A stretch of DNA of 64,000 nt from Gemmatimonadales bacterium (lineage in GTDB: Bacteria > Gemmatimonadota > Gemmatimonadetes > Gemmatimonadales > GWC2-71-9), in assembly GCA_036004545.1 (NCBI GenBank), contig DASYRI010000070.1, forward strand, positions 5,252-69,251, given 5' to 3'. Shown here one piece after another: positions 35,658 to 43,491 of this stretch. Below the pieces are notes generated by a model that saw only the letters and a list, made by a program, of their open reading frames with translations, ran no database searches and was not told the origin of the DNA. The position numbers were made by a program, and so were the translations under genes. Every line of letters begins with the position of its first letter. Position 1 is the stretch's first letter.

Positions 35658-36815
35658 TTAAAGGAACAGCGCCGGCTCCACCAGCCGATACAACCCGCCC
35701 GGCTCCTGCCGCACCCGCCCGTCGAGCTCGAGCACGGAGAGCGCGTCGAGCGCGGCACCGACCGGAGCCCCGGAAGCCTCGACCAGCTCCTCCACCCGCC
35801 GGGGGCCGCTCCAGAGCGCCTTGACCAGCTGGCCTTCGAGCGCCGCCCCGCCGCCGCCGCGCAGCCGCGGCGTGGGCGCCGCCTCCCGCCGGGTGATCTC
35901 CGGATAGTGCGCCAGCAGATCGTCGAGATCGAGCAGGGGCCCGGCCCCGTCCCGGATCAGCCGGTTGGTCCCCGCGCTCACCGGACTGGTGATCTGGCCC
36001 GGGACGGCGAGCACTTCGCGGCCCTGCTCCAGCGCGCACGTCACGGTCTGGAGCGCGCCCGAGGTGACCGCGGCCTCCACCACCACCACCACCCGGGCGA
36101 GCCCGCTGATGAGCCGGTTCCGCCGCGGGAAGCTCCCGACGGTCGGGCGCTCGCCGGGCGGAAACTCGGTGAGCAGGAGCCCCGACCTGGACACCTGCTC
36201 GTAGAGCGCCCGATTGGCCGCGGGGTAGATCACTCCGAGGCCGTTCCCTAACACGCCAATCGTGGCGCCGGGATCACCGCCGTCCGGGCCGGCCGCGTCG
36301 CGCCGCCCACCGCCCTCGAGCGCCCCCGCGTGCGCCGCGGCATCGAGGCCCCGCGCCATCCCGCTCACCACCACGAGCCCGGCGCGCGCCGCGGCGCGCG
36401 CGACCGCCCGGCAGACCTCGGCGCCGTAGAGCGAATGGTCCCGGCTCCCGACGATCGCCACGGCGGGCCGGCCCAGCAGCGAGAGATCGCCCTGGGCGAA
36501 CAGGTGCACCGGAGGGTCGGGAATGGTGCGGAGCGCGGCGGGGAAGTCCAGGCCGTCCGGCAGCAGCAGCCGGCCGCCCAGCCGCTCCAGCGCACCGAGC
36601 GCGGCACGGGCCCGACGTAGGTCGGCGGTCGAGACGGCGCCGGCGGCCGCTCGCGAGATGCCCGGGACGGCGGCGAGCCGCTCGGTCGGCGCGGCGAGCA
36701 CCCGGGCGGGAGTCTCGAACCGCGCGAGCAGGGCGCCGAGCCGCGCCGCGCCGATGCCGGGGAGAAGCGCCAGCGTGAGATAGGCCTCCCGGTCCGCGGC
36801 GCCCCATTCAGGCAT
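35658..36815 (-). CDS. dprA: DNA-processing protein DprA (Smf)
   Basis: L....GIG......L, IVGSR..S.YG, GMA.G.D..AH..AL, and a C-terminal wHTH. ATG at 36815 lies 5 nt after the obg stop. ORF-track start 36848 is also possible. Confidence 0.9.
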   Translation of the reverse strand: MPEWGAADREAYLTLALLPGIGAARLGALLARFETPARVLAAPTERLAAVPGISRAAAGAVSTADLRRARAALGALERLGGRLLLPDGLDFPAALRTIPDPPVHLFAQGDLSLLGRPAVAIVGSRDHSLYGAEVCRAVARAAARAGLVVVSGMARGLDAAAHAGALEGGGRRDAAGPDGGDPGATIGVLGNGLGVIYPAANRALYEQVSRSGLLLTEFPPGERPTVGSFPRRNRLISGLARVVVVVEAAVTSGALQTVTCALEQGREVLAVPGQITSPVSAGTNRLIRDGAGPLLDLDDLLAHYPEITRREAAPTPRLRGGGGAALEGQLVKALWSGPRRVEELVEASGAPVGAALDALSVLELDGRVRQEPGGLYRLVEPALFL

Positions 36816-37839
36816 TGGCGTCGTCCGCGACCGGGGCCTTCGCCGCATCGCTCCGGCGCACCTCGGCGATGAGCTCCCAGAGGGCGTCGGAGAATTCTTC
36901 CAGACCCTGCCGCGCGATGGCCGACACCGCCAGCACGGCGCGGGCCCCCGGGGCCCGCACCCGGGGGAGCGGGTCCGCCGGATGCACCAAGTCCCGCTTC
37001 GAGAGCACCACGATGTGGGGCTTCTCCTCGAGCTCCGCCCCGTACTCCCGCACTTCGTGCCTGAGCCGCTCGTACACCGCCTGGGGATCGTCGCTGTCCA
37101 CCGGAATGAGGAACGCGAGCACCCGGGTCCGCTCCACGTGCTGCAGGAACCGGTCGCCCAGCCCCTTGCCCCGGTGGGCGCCCTCGATGAGCCCGGGGAT
37201 GTCCGCCACGACGTAGGAGCGCGAGCGGCTCATCCCCACCACGCCCAGGTTGGGCTCCAGGGTCGTGAAGGGATAGTCGGCGATTTTCGGCCGCGCGGCG
37301 GAGATGGCGGCGAGGAGGCTGCTCTTGCCGGCGTTCGGCTCGCCCACCAGGCCCACGTCGGCGATCAGCTTGAGCACCAGCTCGAGCCGCCGGTCCTCGC
37401 CCTCTTCGCCCGGCTCCCATTCGCGGGGCGCCTGATGCACCGCGGTGGCGAACCGGGCATTGCCCCGTCCGCCCCGGCCACCCCTGGCGACCAGGAGCTC
37501 CTGCCCCGCGCGCAGCACCTCGCCCAGCATCTCGCCCGACTCGGCGTCGCGCACCTCGGTGCCCGGCGGCACCGGCAGATGGAGGTCGCTCCCCGAGGCG
37601 CCGGTCTGGGTCTTTCCCTTCCCGTGCTGGCCGCGCGGGGCCTTCCACTCGGTTCGGTAGCGGTAGTCGAGCAGGGTCGCGAGGTTGGCGTCGCCGCGGA
37701 GCGAGATGCTGCCGCCGCGCCCGCCATCGCCCCCGTCGGGCCCGCCCTTGGGCACGTACTTGAAGCGCGCGAAGGAGCAGGCGCCGGAGCCCCCGGTGCC
37801 GGCCACCACACGCACGATTACCCGATCCACGAGGCTCAC
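36808..37839 (-). CDS. obg: GTPase Obg/CgtA
   Basis: Obg fold (GG.GG.G.....F..E...P.GGP.GG.GG.GG), G1 motif GEPNAGKSS. GTGA overlap with the upstream stop. Confidence 0.95.
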   Translation of the reverse strand: MSLVDRVIVRVVAGTGGSGACSFARFKYVPKGGPDGGDGGRGGSISLRGDANLATLLDYRYRTEWKAPRGQHGKGKTQTGASGSDLHLPVPPGTEVRDAESGEMLGEVLRAGQELLVARGGRGGRGNARFATAVHQAPREWEPGEEGEDRRLELVLKLIADVGLVGEPNAGKSSLLAAISAARPKIADYPFTTLEPNLGVVGMSRSRSYVVADIPGLIEGAHRGKGLGDRFLQHVERTRVLAFLIPVDSDDPQAVYERLRHEVREYGAELEEKPHIVVLSKRDLVHPADPLPRVRAPGARAVLAVSAIARQGLEEFSDALWELIAEVRRSDAAKAPVADDANA

Positions 37840-38456
37840 CGCACCACCCGGTCCCAGAGTCGTTCCGCCACGCCCTGCCCAAGCGGCCCGAGCAGCGGCC
37901 GCACGATGTCGAGTACCTGCTCCAGCGCCTGCTTGCCCGCCCCGGCGCGGCGCGCGCCGAGGAGGTGTGAATGGAGCTGCCGCTCGGCGCCCTGCACCGC
38001 GACCTGCGCCACGACGCAACACTCCCGCCGCGCGAGGTCGAGCCCCGGCCGGCCGAGGGTGCGGCCGTACCCCTCGGTGACCATCCACGCGTCGAGCGCG
38101 GGATGGAGCACCCGAACGTTGGCGCGGAGCCGCTCGTAATTGGTGCCGTACACCGCCCGGCAGACCAGCTCGCCCCGTGCGGTCCACTCCGCGGCACGGC
38201 CGTAGTCCGCGCCGTCTTCTCCCGGCGCGGGCGCCGCCGCCCCGGCCCGCCGCCACACCATCGCGGCGTTGAGCGCCCGCGGCCAGCCGCACATGAGGAG
38301 CGACTGGAGCAGCAGCTCATCCACCCAGGCCGGCGCCACCTTGGCACCGACGCAGCCGCGGCAGCGCGCCTCGAGCTCCGCCTCCTCGCCCGCGGCGATG
38401 GCGCCCGCGAGCGCCACGAGCGCCCGGGTCGGGCCGTCGAGCCGGTTCAAGCTCAC
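37836..38456 (-). CDS. carboxymuconolactone decarboxylase (AhpD-like) family protein
   Basis: All-helical ~200 aa with the CMD-like L..LA.A.A.G repeated twice. Weak, by resemblance only. Confidence 0.6.
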   Translation of the reverse strand: MSLNRLDGPTRALVALAGAIAAGEEAELEARCRGCVGAKVAPAWVDELLLQSLLMCGWPRALNAAMVWRRAGAAAPAPGEDGADYGRAAEWTARGELVCRAVYGTNYERLRANVRVLHPALDAWMVTEGYGRTLGRPGLDLARRECCVVAQVAVQGAERQLHSHLLGARRAGAGKQALEQVLDIVRPLLGPLGQGVAERLWDRVVR

Positions 38457-38492
38457 CCGCCGACCCCGGGAAGCGCCAACCGGAACAGCGCC

Positions 38493-39512
38493 TCAGGCAT
38501 CGAAGAAGCGCAAGCCGCCGGCCGGACGAAGCTCCCCGGTCTCGACGCCCCGGGTATTGAGGATCTGACGGCGCGCATGGGGTTCGAGGCCGGCGGCGGG
38601 CCACGCGGCGGCGCCGGCAGGCGCGAGCCGCGCGATGAGCTGGCGGAGGATTTCGAGCAGAGCCACACCGGAAGCGCGCATGTCGCCGTCTTCCACCTTG
38701 AGCGCGATCCCCAGGCCCAGCCCCGGCAGCGACGCGCAGTGGATCCCGTCCGCGCCGACCTTCGCGATAACTCGCCCGGGCCAGGCCCGCATGAGGTCGG
38801 TGCAGAGCCGCCCCTGACCAGCCACGATCAGGGGATGCGCCATCATGACGCCCGCGATCCGCCGCGCCGCGGGCTCCTCCACGAGGCCGAACCGCGCGTA
38901 GGCGTGCGCCATGCGCCGCAGGGGGAGCCCGAAGCACACGGCGGTGCAGCCGTCCACCGCAAGGAGGATCTCCCGGCCATCGGCACCGGTCCACCGGGCG
39001 ACCGCTTCGAGGATGCGCCGCTGCACCGGATGCCCGGCTTCGTTGTACCCGGCGATCGGCCAGCCGTGGTGCTTCGCGAGGGCGAGCATGCCGGTGTGCT
39101 TCCCCGAGCAGTTGCTCCAGCGCGGGGTCATCCTTGCGGCGCCGCGCGCCACCGTCTCGGCGACCGCCGGCGAAAGCGGCGTGTGGACGCCGCAGGCCAG
39201 CGCGTCCTCGCCGATCCCGATCTTGGCCATCATCCGCTCGACGAGGTCGAGGTGACCCGGCTCGCTCGAGTGGGAGGCGCAGACCAGGGCGAGCTCTTCG
39301 TCGCTCAAGCCGAAGCGCTCGGCCGCGCCGTCCTCCACCAGCGGCAGCGCCTGGAACGGCTTGGCCGCGGAGCGCCACCAGGTGACGTAGTCGGGATCGC
39401 GGGAGGCGGCGATGAGCCGGCCTTGCGCGTCCACCACCGCCGCGGCCACCGGGTGCACCGATTCGGCCAGCGCGCCGCGGGTGGCTTCGACGCGAAGCTC
39501 GGGAGCATCCAT
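38493..39512 (-). CDS. asparaginase II family protein
   Basis: ..E..HR..A.VVD..G......GD........RS..KP.QALP, NCSGKH.GML motif. Start at MDAPEL. The 704-aa ORF-track product was rejected. Confidence 0.8.
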   Translation of the reverse strand: MDAPELRVEATRGALAESVHPVAAAVVDAQGRLIAASRDPDYVTWWRSAAKPFQALPLVEDGAAERFGLSDEELALVCASHSSEPGHLDLVERMMAKIGIGEDALACGVHTPLSPAVAETVARGAARMTPRWSNCSGKHTGMLALAKHHGWPIAGYNEAGHPVQRRILEAVARWTGADGREILLAVDGCTAVCFGLPLRRMAHAYARFGLVEEPAARRIAGVMMAHPLIVAGQGRLCTDLMRAWPGRVIAKVGADGIHCASLPGLGLGIALKVEDGDMRASGVALLEILRQLIARLAPAGAAAWPAAGLEPHARRQILNTRGVETGELRPAGGLRFFDA

Positions 39513-39605
39513 GACGCCCCAAAGATAGCGGCGCGGGCCCACCCCGCGGATTACATTACCGCTTCGCGGGACTCGCTTTTCCCTTCCCTGCCCCGGGGCG
39601 CCCCG

Positions 39606-40646
39606 ATGCGCGTCACTCCGTCGCCGCCGCCGATCGCGCGAGACCGGCTCGTCAAGCTCCTGGAGCGGATGAGGAGCCGGCGGGTCGCGGTGGTGGGCGA
39701 CGTCATGCTGGACCGCTACCTCCTGGGCGACACCGACCGGCTCTCGCCCGAGGCCCCCGTGCCGGTGGTGACGGTGCGCGAGATGCGGAGCGCGCTCGGC
39801 GGCGCGGCCAACGTCGGGGCCAACGTCGCCGCGATCGGCGCGTCCTGCCGGCTGGTGGGCGCGGTGGGCGATGACCCCCACGCTACCGCGATCCGCGCCG
39901 AGCTCGCCGCCAAGCAGATGGACGACCGCCACCTGGTCGCGATCTCCGGGCGGCCCACCACCGCGAAGACCCGGGTGCTCGCCCGCGGCCAGCAGGTCCT
40001 GCGCATTGACGAGGAAGTCGAGTCGTCGCTGGAGGGCCAGGACCAGGAACGCCTCATCTCGGCGGCGGTCGCGGCGCTGGTGGACGCCGACGCCGTGGTG
40101 CTCGAGGACTACAACAAGGGCACCCTCACCGAGGCGCTGATCCAGGCGGTGATCGCCGCGGCGCGCCGGCGCGGCGTTCCCGTGGTAGTGGACCCCAAGT
40201 TCCGCAATTTCTTCGGCTACGCCGGCGCCACGGTGTTCAAGCCCAACCGCCGCGAGCTCGAAGCCGCGCTCGGCGCGACGCTCGATCTCCAGGGCGACAA
40301 CGCGCTCCCCGAGACGCTGGACAAGCTGCGGGTGGACAATCTCCTCCTCACCCTGGGCGCCGAGGGGATGGTCCTGGTGACCAAGGACCTGGTGATCACC
40401 CACATCGCGAGCTTCGCGCGCGAGGTGTACGATGTCTCCGGCGCGGGCGACACGGTGACGGCCTGGGTCGCCACGGCGCTCGCGGGCGGCGCCTCGGTGC
40501 GCGAGGCGGCGCACCTCGCGAATTACGCCGCGGGCATCGAGGTCGGGAAGGCCGGCGTGGCCACGGTCTCGCCGGACGAAGTGCTCGCGATCCACGAGGA
40601 GCGGCACGACGCGATCGGGCGGCTGCGGCGGGGGGGGGTGATCTAG
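39606..40646 (+). CDS. hldA: D-glycero-beta-D-manno-heptose-7-phosphate kinase (RfaE/HldE domain I only; pfkB fold)
   Basis: V.V.GD.MLD.Y..G...R.SPEAPVPV, DVSGAGDTV. No adenylyltransferase domain follows. Confidence 0.8.
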   Translation: MRVTPSPPPIARDRLVKLLERMRSRRVAVVGDVMLDRYLLGDTDRLSPEAPVPVVTVREMRSALGGAANVGANVAAIGASCRLVGAVGDDPHATAIRAELAAKQMDDRHLVAISGRPTTAKTRVLARGQQVLRIDEEVESSLEGQDQERLISAAVAALVDADAVVLEDYNKGTLTEALIQAVIAAARRRGVPVVVDPKFRNFFGYAGATVFKPNRRELEAALGATLDLQGDNALPETLDKLRVDNLLLTLGAEGMVLVTKDLVITHIASFAREVYDVSGAGDTVTAWVATALAGGASVREAAHLANYAAGIEVGKAGVATVSPDEVLAIHEERHDAIGRLRRGGVI

Positions 40647-40650
40647 GAAG

Positions 40651-40682
40651 CGTCCTTGCGTCTTGGCATCCTTGCGTCTCCC
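40651..40682. repeat. octamer-period array CGTCCTTG CGTCTTGG CATCCTTG CGTCTCCC
   Basis: Read directly, between the hldA stop and tRNA-Val. Confidence 0.65.
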
Positions 40683-40716
40683 CCGCCGTTCTCGTTATCG
40701 TCCCGGTCCCCGTTCC

Positions 40717-40790
40717 GGGCGATTAGCTCAGCTGGTTAGAGCGCGCGCCTCACATGCGCGAGGTCGGGGGTTCGAGCCCCTCATCGCCCA
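40717..40790 (+). tRNA. tRNA-Val (anticodon CAC)
   Basis: Cloverleaf: GGGCGAT/ATCGCCC acceptor, GCTC..GAGC D arm, CGCGC-CTCACAT-GCGCG anticodon arm, GGGGG-TTCGAGC-CCCCT T arm. CCA not encoded. Confidence 0.9.
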
Positions 40791-40798
40791 TCGAAATG

Positions 40799-40904
40799 CA
40801 GTGAATAGTGGGCAGTGAGCAGGGAGCAGCGAGCTGCCCCGCGGGCGAGGGTTTCCGCCGACGGGGCAGCTCACTGTCCCCTGTCCACTGTCCACTGCGC
40901 ACTG
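40799..40904. repeat. ~43-nt-arm imperfect hairpin made of CAGTGAG-type heptamers, between the convergent tRNA genes
   Basis: cagtgaatagtgggcagtgagcagggagcagcgagctgccccg ...20 nt... cggggcagctcactgtcccctgtccactgtccactgcgcactg. Confidence 0.85.
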
Positions 40905-40910
40905 GCTACA

Positions 40911-40985
40911 TGGGCCCTGCAGGATTTGAACCTGCGACCGACGGATTATGAGTCCGCTGCTCTAACCAGTCTGAGCTAAGGGCCC
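40911..40985 (-). tRNA. tRNA with CAT anticodon; body resembles tRNA-Ile2 (lysidine) more than elongator Met
   Basis: GGGCCCT acceptor, GCGGA-CTCATAA-TCCGT anticodon arm, GCAGG-TTCAAAT-CCTGC T arm. Close resemblance to E. coli ileX as I recall it. Confidence 0.85.
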
Positions 40986-41169
40986 GCACGTTACGACCCA
41001 ACAACTTACCGAACCTCTCGCCTCACCTCCATCCCCTCCCCGTCGCGCCGACGGGGGACCGTGATACCAGGAAGCTCGCTGGCGGTGGAGGGATCCCCGC
41101 CGCTTGCCATCGCGGCGGCGGCGGCATACTATAGCGCGCACTCAGACCATTATTGATGGGAGGAAAACG

Positions 41170-41664
41170 ATGCCCAGATTCCTGCCCTACCTCTTCGTGC
41201 TGGGTCTGCCGATTCCGACGGCCGTCGCACAGGGCCAGACGACCTTCACCGCAACCTGGAAGTGTTCCGTGGTTGAGCCCGCCAATGCCGTCCCGGTGCC
41301 CGGCCAGGCCAACCATGCCTACAGTGTGTATCAGGTCAAGTGCACCGCGAGCAGTGGCCAGGTCGCGGGGGTGAAGGAAAAGGAAGGCACCGCCACCGAG
41401 TTCGCGGAGGTCAAGGGCAACACCAGCAAGGGCCACGGCATCTTCGTTGAGACCCTCGAGAACGGTGACACGGTCACGTACGACTATCAGTTCACCTCAA
41501 CGATGAACGGCAAGGTGGCCGTGTCGGCCGGGAACACCTGGAAGATGGTACGCGGAACCGGAAAGGCGAAGGGCATCAAGGGCAGCGGGTCCTGCAAAGG
41601 CAAGGGCAATCCCGACACCTCGCTCAGCCTCGAGTGCACGGGGAGTTATACGACGGCGATGTAA
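41170..41664 (+). CDS. secreted small protein, unknown function
   Basis: GGGAGG-N6-ATG, signal peptide MPRFLPYLFVLGLPIPTAVAQ, beta-rich with 4 Cys. Visibly lower GC than its neighbours. A terminator follows. Confidence 0.6.
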   Translation: MPRFLPYLFVLGLPIPTAVAQGQTTFTATWKCSVVEPANAVPVPGQANHAYSVYQVKCTASSGQVAGVKEKEGTATEFAEVKGNTSKGHGIFVETLENGDTVTYDYQFTSTMNGKVAVSAGNTWKMVRGTGKAKGIKGSGSCKGKGNPDTSLSLECTGSYTTAM

Positions 41665-41697
41665 CCGCGTCAGCACACTCGTCCGTCCAGTCGAGCA

Positions 41698-41741
41698 CGA
41701 GCCGGGGCCGACCTTGGCGGCGCCGGCTCGCTTCGTTTTCC
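41698..41741 (+). terminator. intrinsic terminator after the secreted-protein gene
   Basis: CGAGCCGG ... CCGGCTCG followed by CTTCGTTTTCC. Confidence 0.55.
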
Positions 41742-41773
41742 AGCGGCGATGCGGTCGAAATCGTCAGGCAGGG

Positions 41774-42226
41774 TCAGCCGGATCTTCGATGCTGAAGGTA
41801 CCGTACCACGCCGTAGGAGACGACCAGCAGCACGCCCATCACTGGGAAGAGAATCAAGAGGAACCCGAACCACAAAGCCGAGCCCGGGGCGGTGTCCTCG
41901 CGGCTCATGGCGGCGAACAGGAGAGGCGAAGCCAGGACCAGCCAGAACGCGGCATAGAACGACCCCGCCAGCAGAAAGCGTCGCTCCAGCGCGAGTCTGA
42001 CGACGGGCCGGATCACCCCGATGACGATTCCGGCGAAACCGCCGATCCCTGATATCCAGTCCACTGCCAGGACCACGCCTCGGCGTGGGTCGGACTGCGG
42101 ATGGTAGGTCATCCAGTTCCCGGTCCAATGGTTCAGCCCGATCAAGAGAATGCCTACGATGAGGAACGGGTCCAGGAGCTTCTTCACGGCGTGGCGTCGG
42201 CCTTGCCGGCGCGCAGCACCTCGCAT
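41774..42226 (-). CDS. integral membrane protein (about 4 TM helices), unknown function
   Basis: 150-aa ORF with four hydrophobic stretches. The start is uncertain (a GTG at about 42186 is possible). Confidence 0.5.
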   Translation of the reverse strand: MRGAARRQGRRHAVKKLLDPFLIVGILLIGLNHWTGNWMTYHPQSDPRRGVVLAVDWISGIGGFAGIVIGVIRPVVRLALERRFLLAGSFYAAFWLVLASPLLFAAMSREDTAPGSALWFGFLLILFPVMGVLLVVSYGVVRYLQHRRSG

Positions 42227-42356
42227 TCCGCCGCGTTGAATGGAGGGGAATTTCGTTCCACCTCGCGAAGGTACGGGGCGGTTCTGAGGTCGTCAACCCG
42301 CCGCCTCGGCGCCCGCAGCCATCGCCGCGGGCTCGCGGGCGGGTTACCTTCCTCGC

Positions 42357-43430
42357 GTGCGGGTGCTCATCGTCTCCCACTATTACGCAGATCCCCGGAA
42401 CCGCGGCAAGCTCCACGCCCTCGCCGGGCTGGGCGTCGAGCTCGCCGTCGCACTGCCGGACGGGGCCGCGGGGCTCGACGGCGCGCTCCGGGTCGTCCCG
42501 ATCCCGGTGCGCGGCAACTCGCACCGCCCCGACGCCCTCCGCTGGGGCGGGCGCGCCCTCCGCCGCGCCATCTCCGACCTCCATCCCGACCTGGTGCAGA
42601 TCGAGGAGACGCCGGGCACCCCGGGCGCGGCTTCGGCCGCCGCCGCGGCCCGCCAGCTCAGGGTCCCCTACATCGTCTTCAGCGAGGAGAGTGTCTCCCT
42701 CAGGCGGGGGGTGCTGCAGGCTCTGCGCTATCGCGCCACGCTGCGCACCGCGGCCGGCGTCATCGGCAGCAACCGCCTCGCCGAGCGCCTGCTCGCCGCG
42801 GACGCGCCCCAGGCGCGCGCGGCGGTCCTGCCGCGGACCGGGGTCGTCCCCCTCGCGGTCCAGCCGCGCGAAGCGGAGCGGAAGGGGCTCGCCATCGGTT
42901 TCATCGGACGCCTGGTCCCGGAACGCGGCGGCGAAACCCTGCTCCGCGCCTGCGGGCAGCTGCTCGGCCCCTGGACCCTGACGGTCGTGGGAACCGGGCC
43001 GGAGCAGGAGGCGCTCGAGCGCCTGGCCGAGCGCCGGGGGCTCTCCTCGCGCATCCGCTGGATGGGGGGACTTCCCCGCCCGGCGCTCGACCAGCTCTGG
43101 GTGGAGCTCGACTGCCTGGTCGTCCCGTCGCACGATACGCCGACCTGGGTGGACCGCGCCTCGCCGATGCTGCTCGAGGCGATGGCTCGCGGCATCGCCC
43201 CCCTGGTCACGCCGGCCGGCGCTCTCCCCGAACTGGTCGGCGACGCCGGCCTCGTGGTCCCGGACACCGACGCGCTGGCCGTCGCGCTGCAGGGGCTGCT
43301 CGCCGAGCCGGCGCGCGCCCGCGCGCTGGGCCAGCGGGCGCGGCAGCGCATTTTCGAGGACTTCACCGACAGCGCCGTGGCGCGGCGCACGCTGGCGTTC
43401 TGGCGGGAGGTGCTCGAGGGAAGGAGCTAG
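42357..43430 (+). CDS. glycosyltransferase family 4 (GT-B fold)
   Basis: MRVLIVSHYY.., GR....KG, C-terminal E....LEAMA.G.P.V. Confidence 0.85.
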   Translation: MRVLIVSHYYADPRNRGKLHALAGLGVELAVALPDGAAGLDGALRVVPIPVRGNSHRPDALRWGGRALRRAISDLHPDLVQIEETPGTPGAASAAAAARQLRVPYIVFSEESVSLRRGVLQALRYRATLRTAAGVIGSNRLAERLLAADAPQARAAVLPRTGVVPLAVQPREAERKGLAIGFIGRLVPERGGETLLRACGQLLGPWTLTVVGTGPEQEALERLAERRGLSSRIRWMGGLPRPALDQLWVELDCLVVPSHDTPTWVDRASPMLLEAMARGIAPLVTPAGALPELVGDAGLVVPDTDALAVALQGLLAEPARARALGQRARQRIFEDFTDSAVARRTLAFWREVLEGRS

Positions 43431-43491
43431 TGCCGTTCCGGCGATCCGTCCCAGTGCCTCACCAGGGCAGAACAAGTTGGAACGGCACTAG
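43427..43491. terminator. perfect 13-bp inverted repeat spanning both convergent stop codons (bidirectional terminator candidate)
   Basis: CTAGTGCCGTTCC (43427-43439) / GGAACGGCACTAG (43479-43491). Confidence 0.5.

Noticed and set aside
40986-42300. A tRNA-associated genomic island or prophage remnant.
   Set aside because: No integrase or recombinase is present and I could see no direct repeat of a tRNA 3' end. The islet abuts the 5' side of the tRNA-CAT gene, not its 3' end. It is kept only as a compositional oddity.
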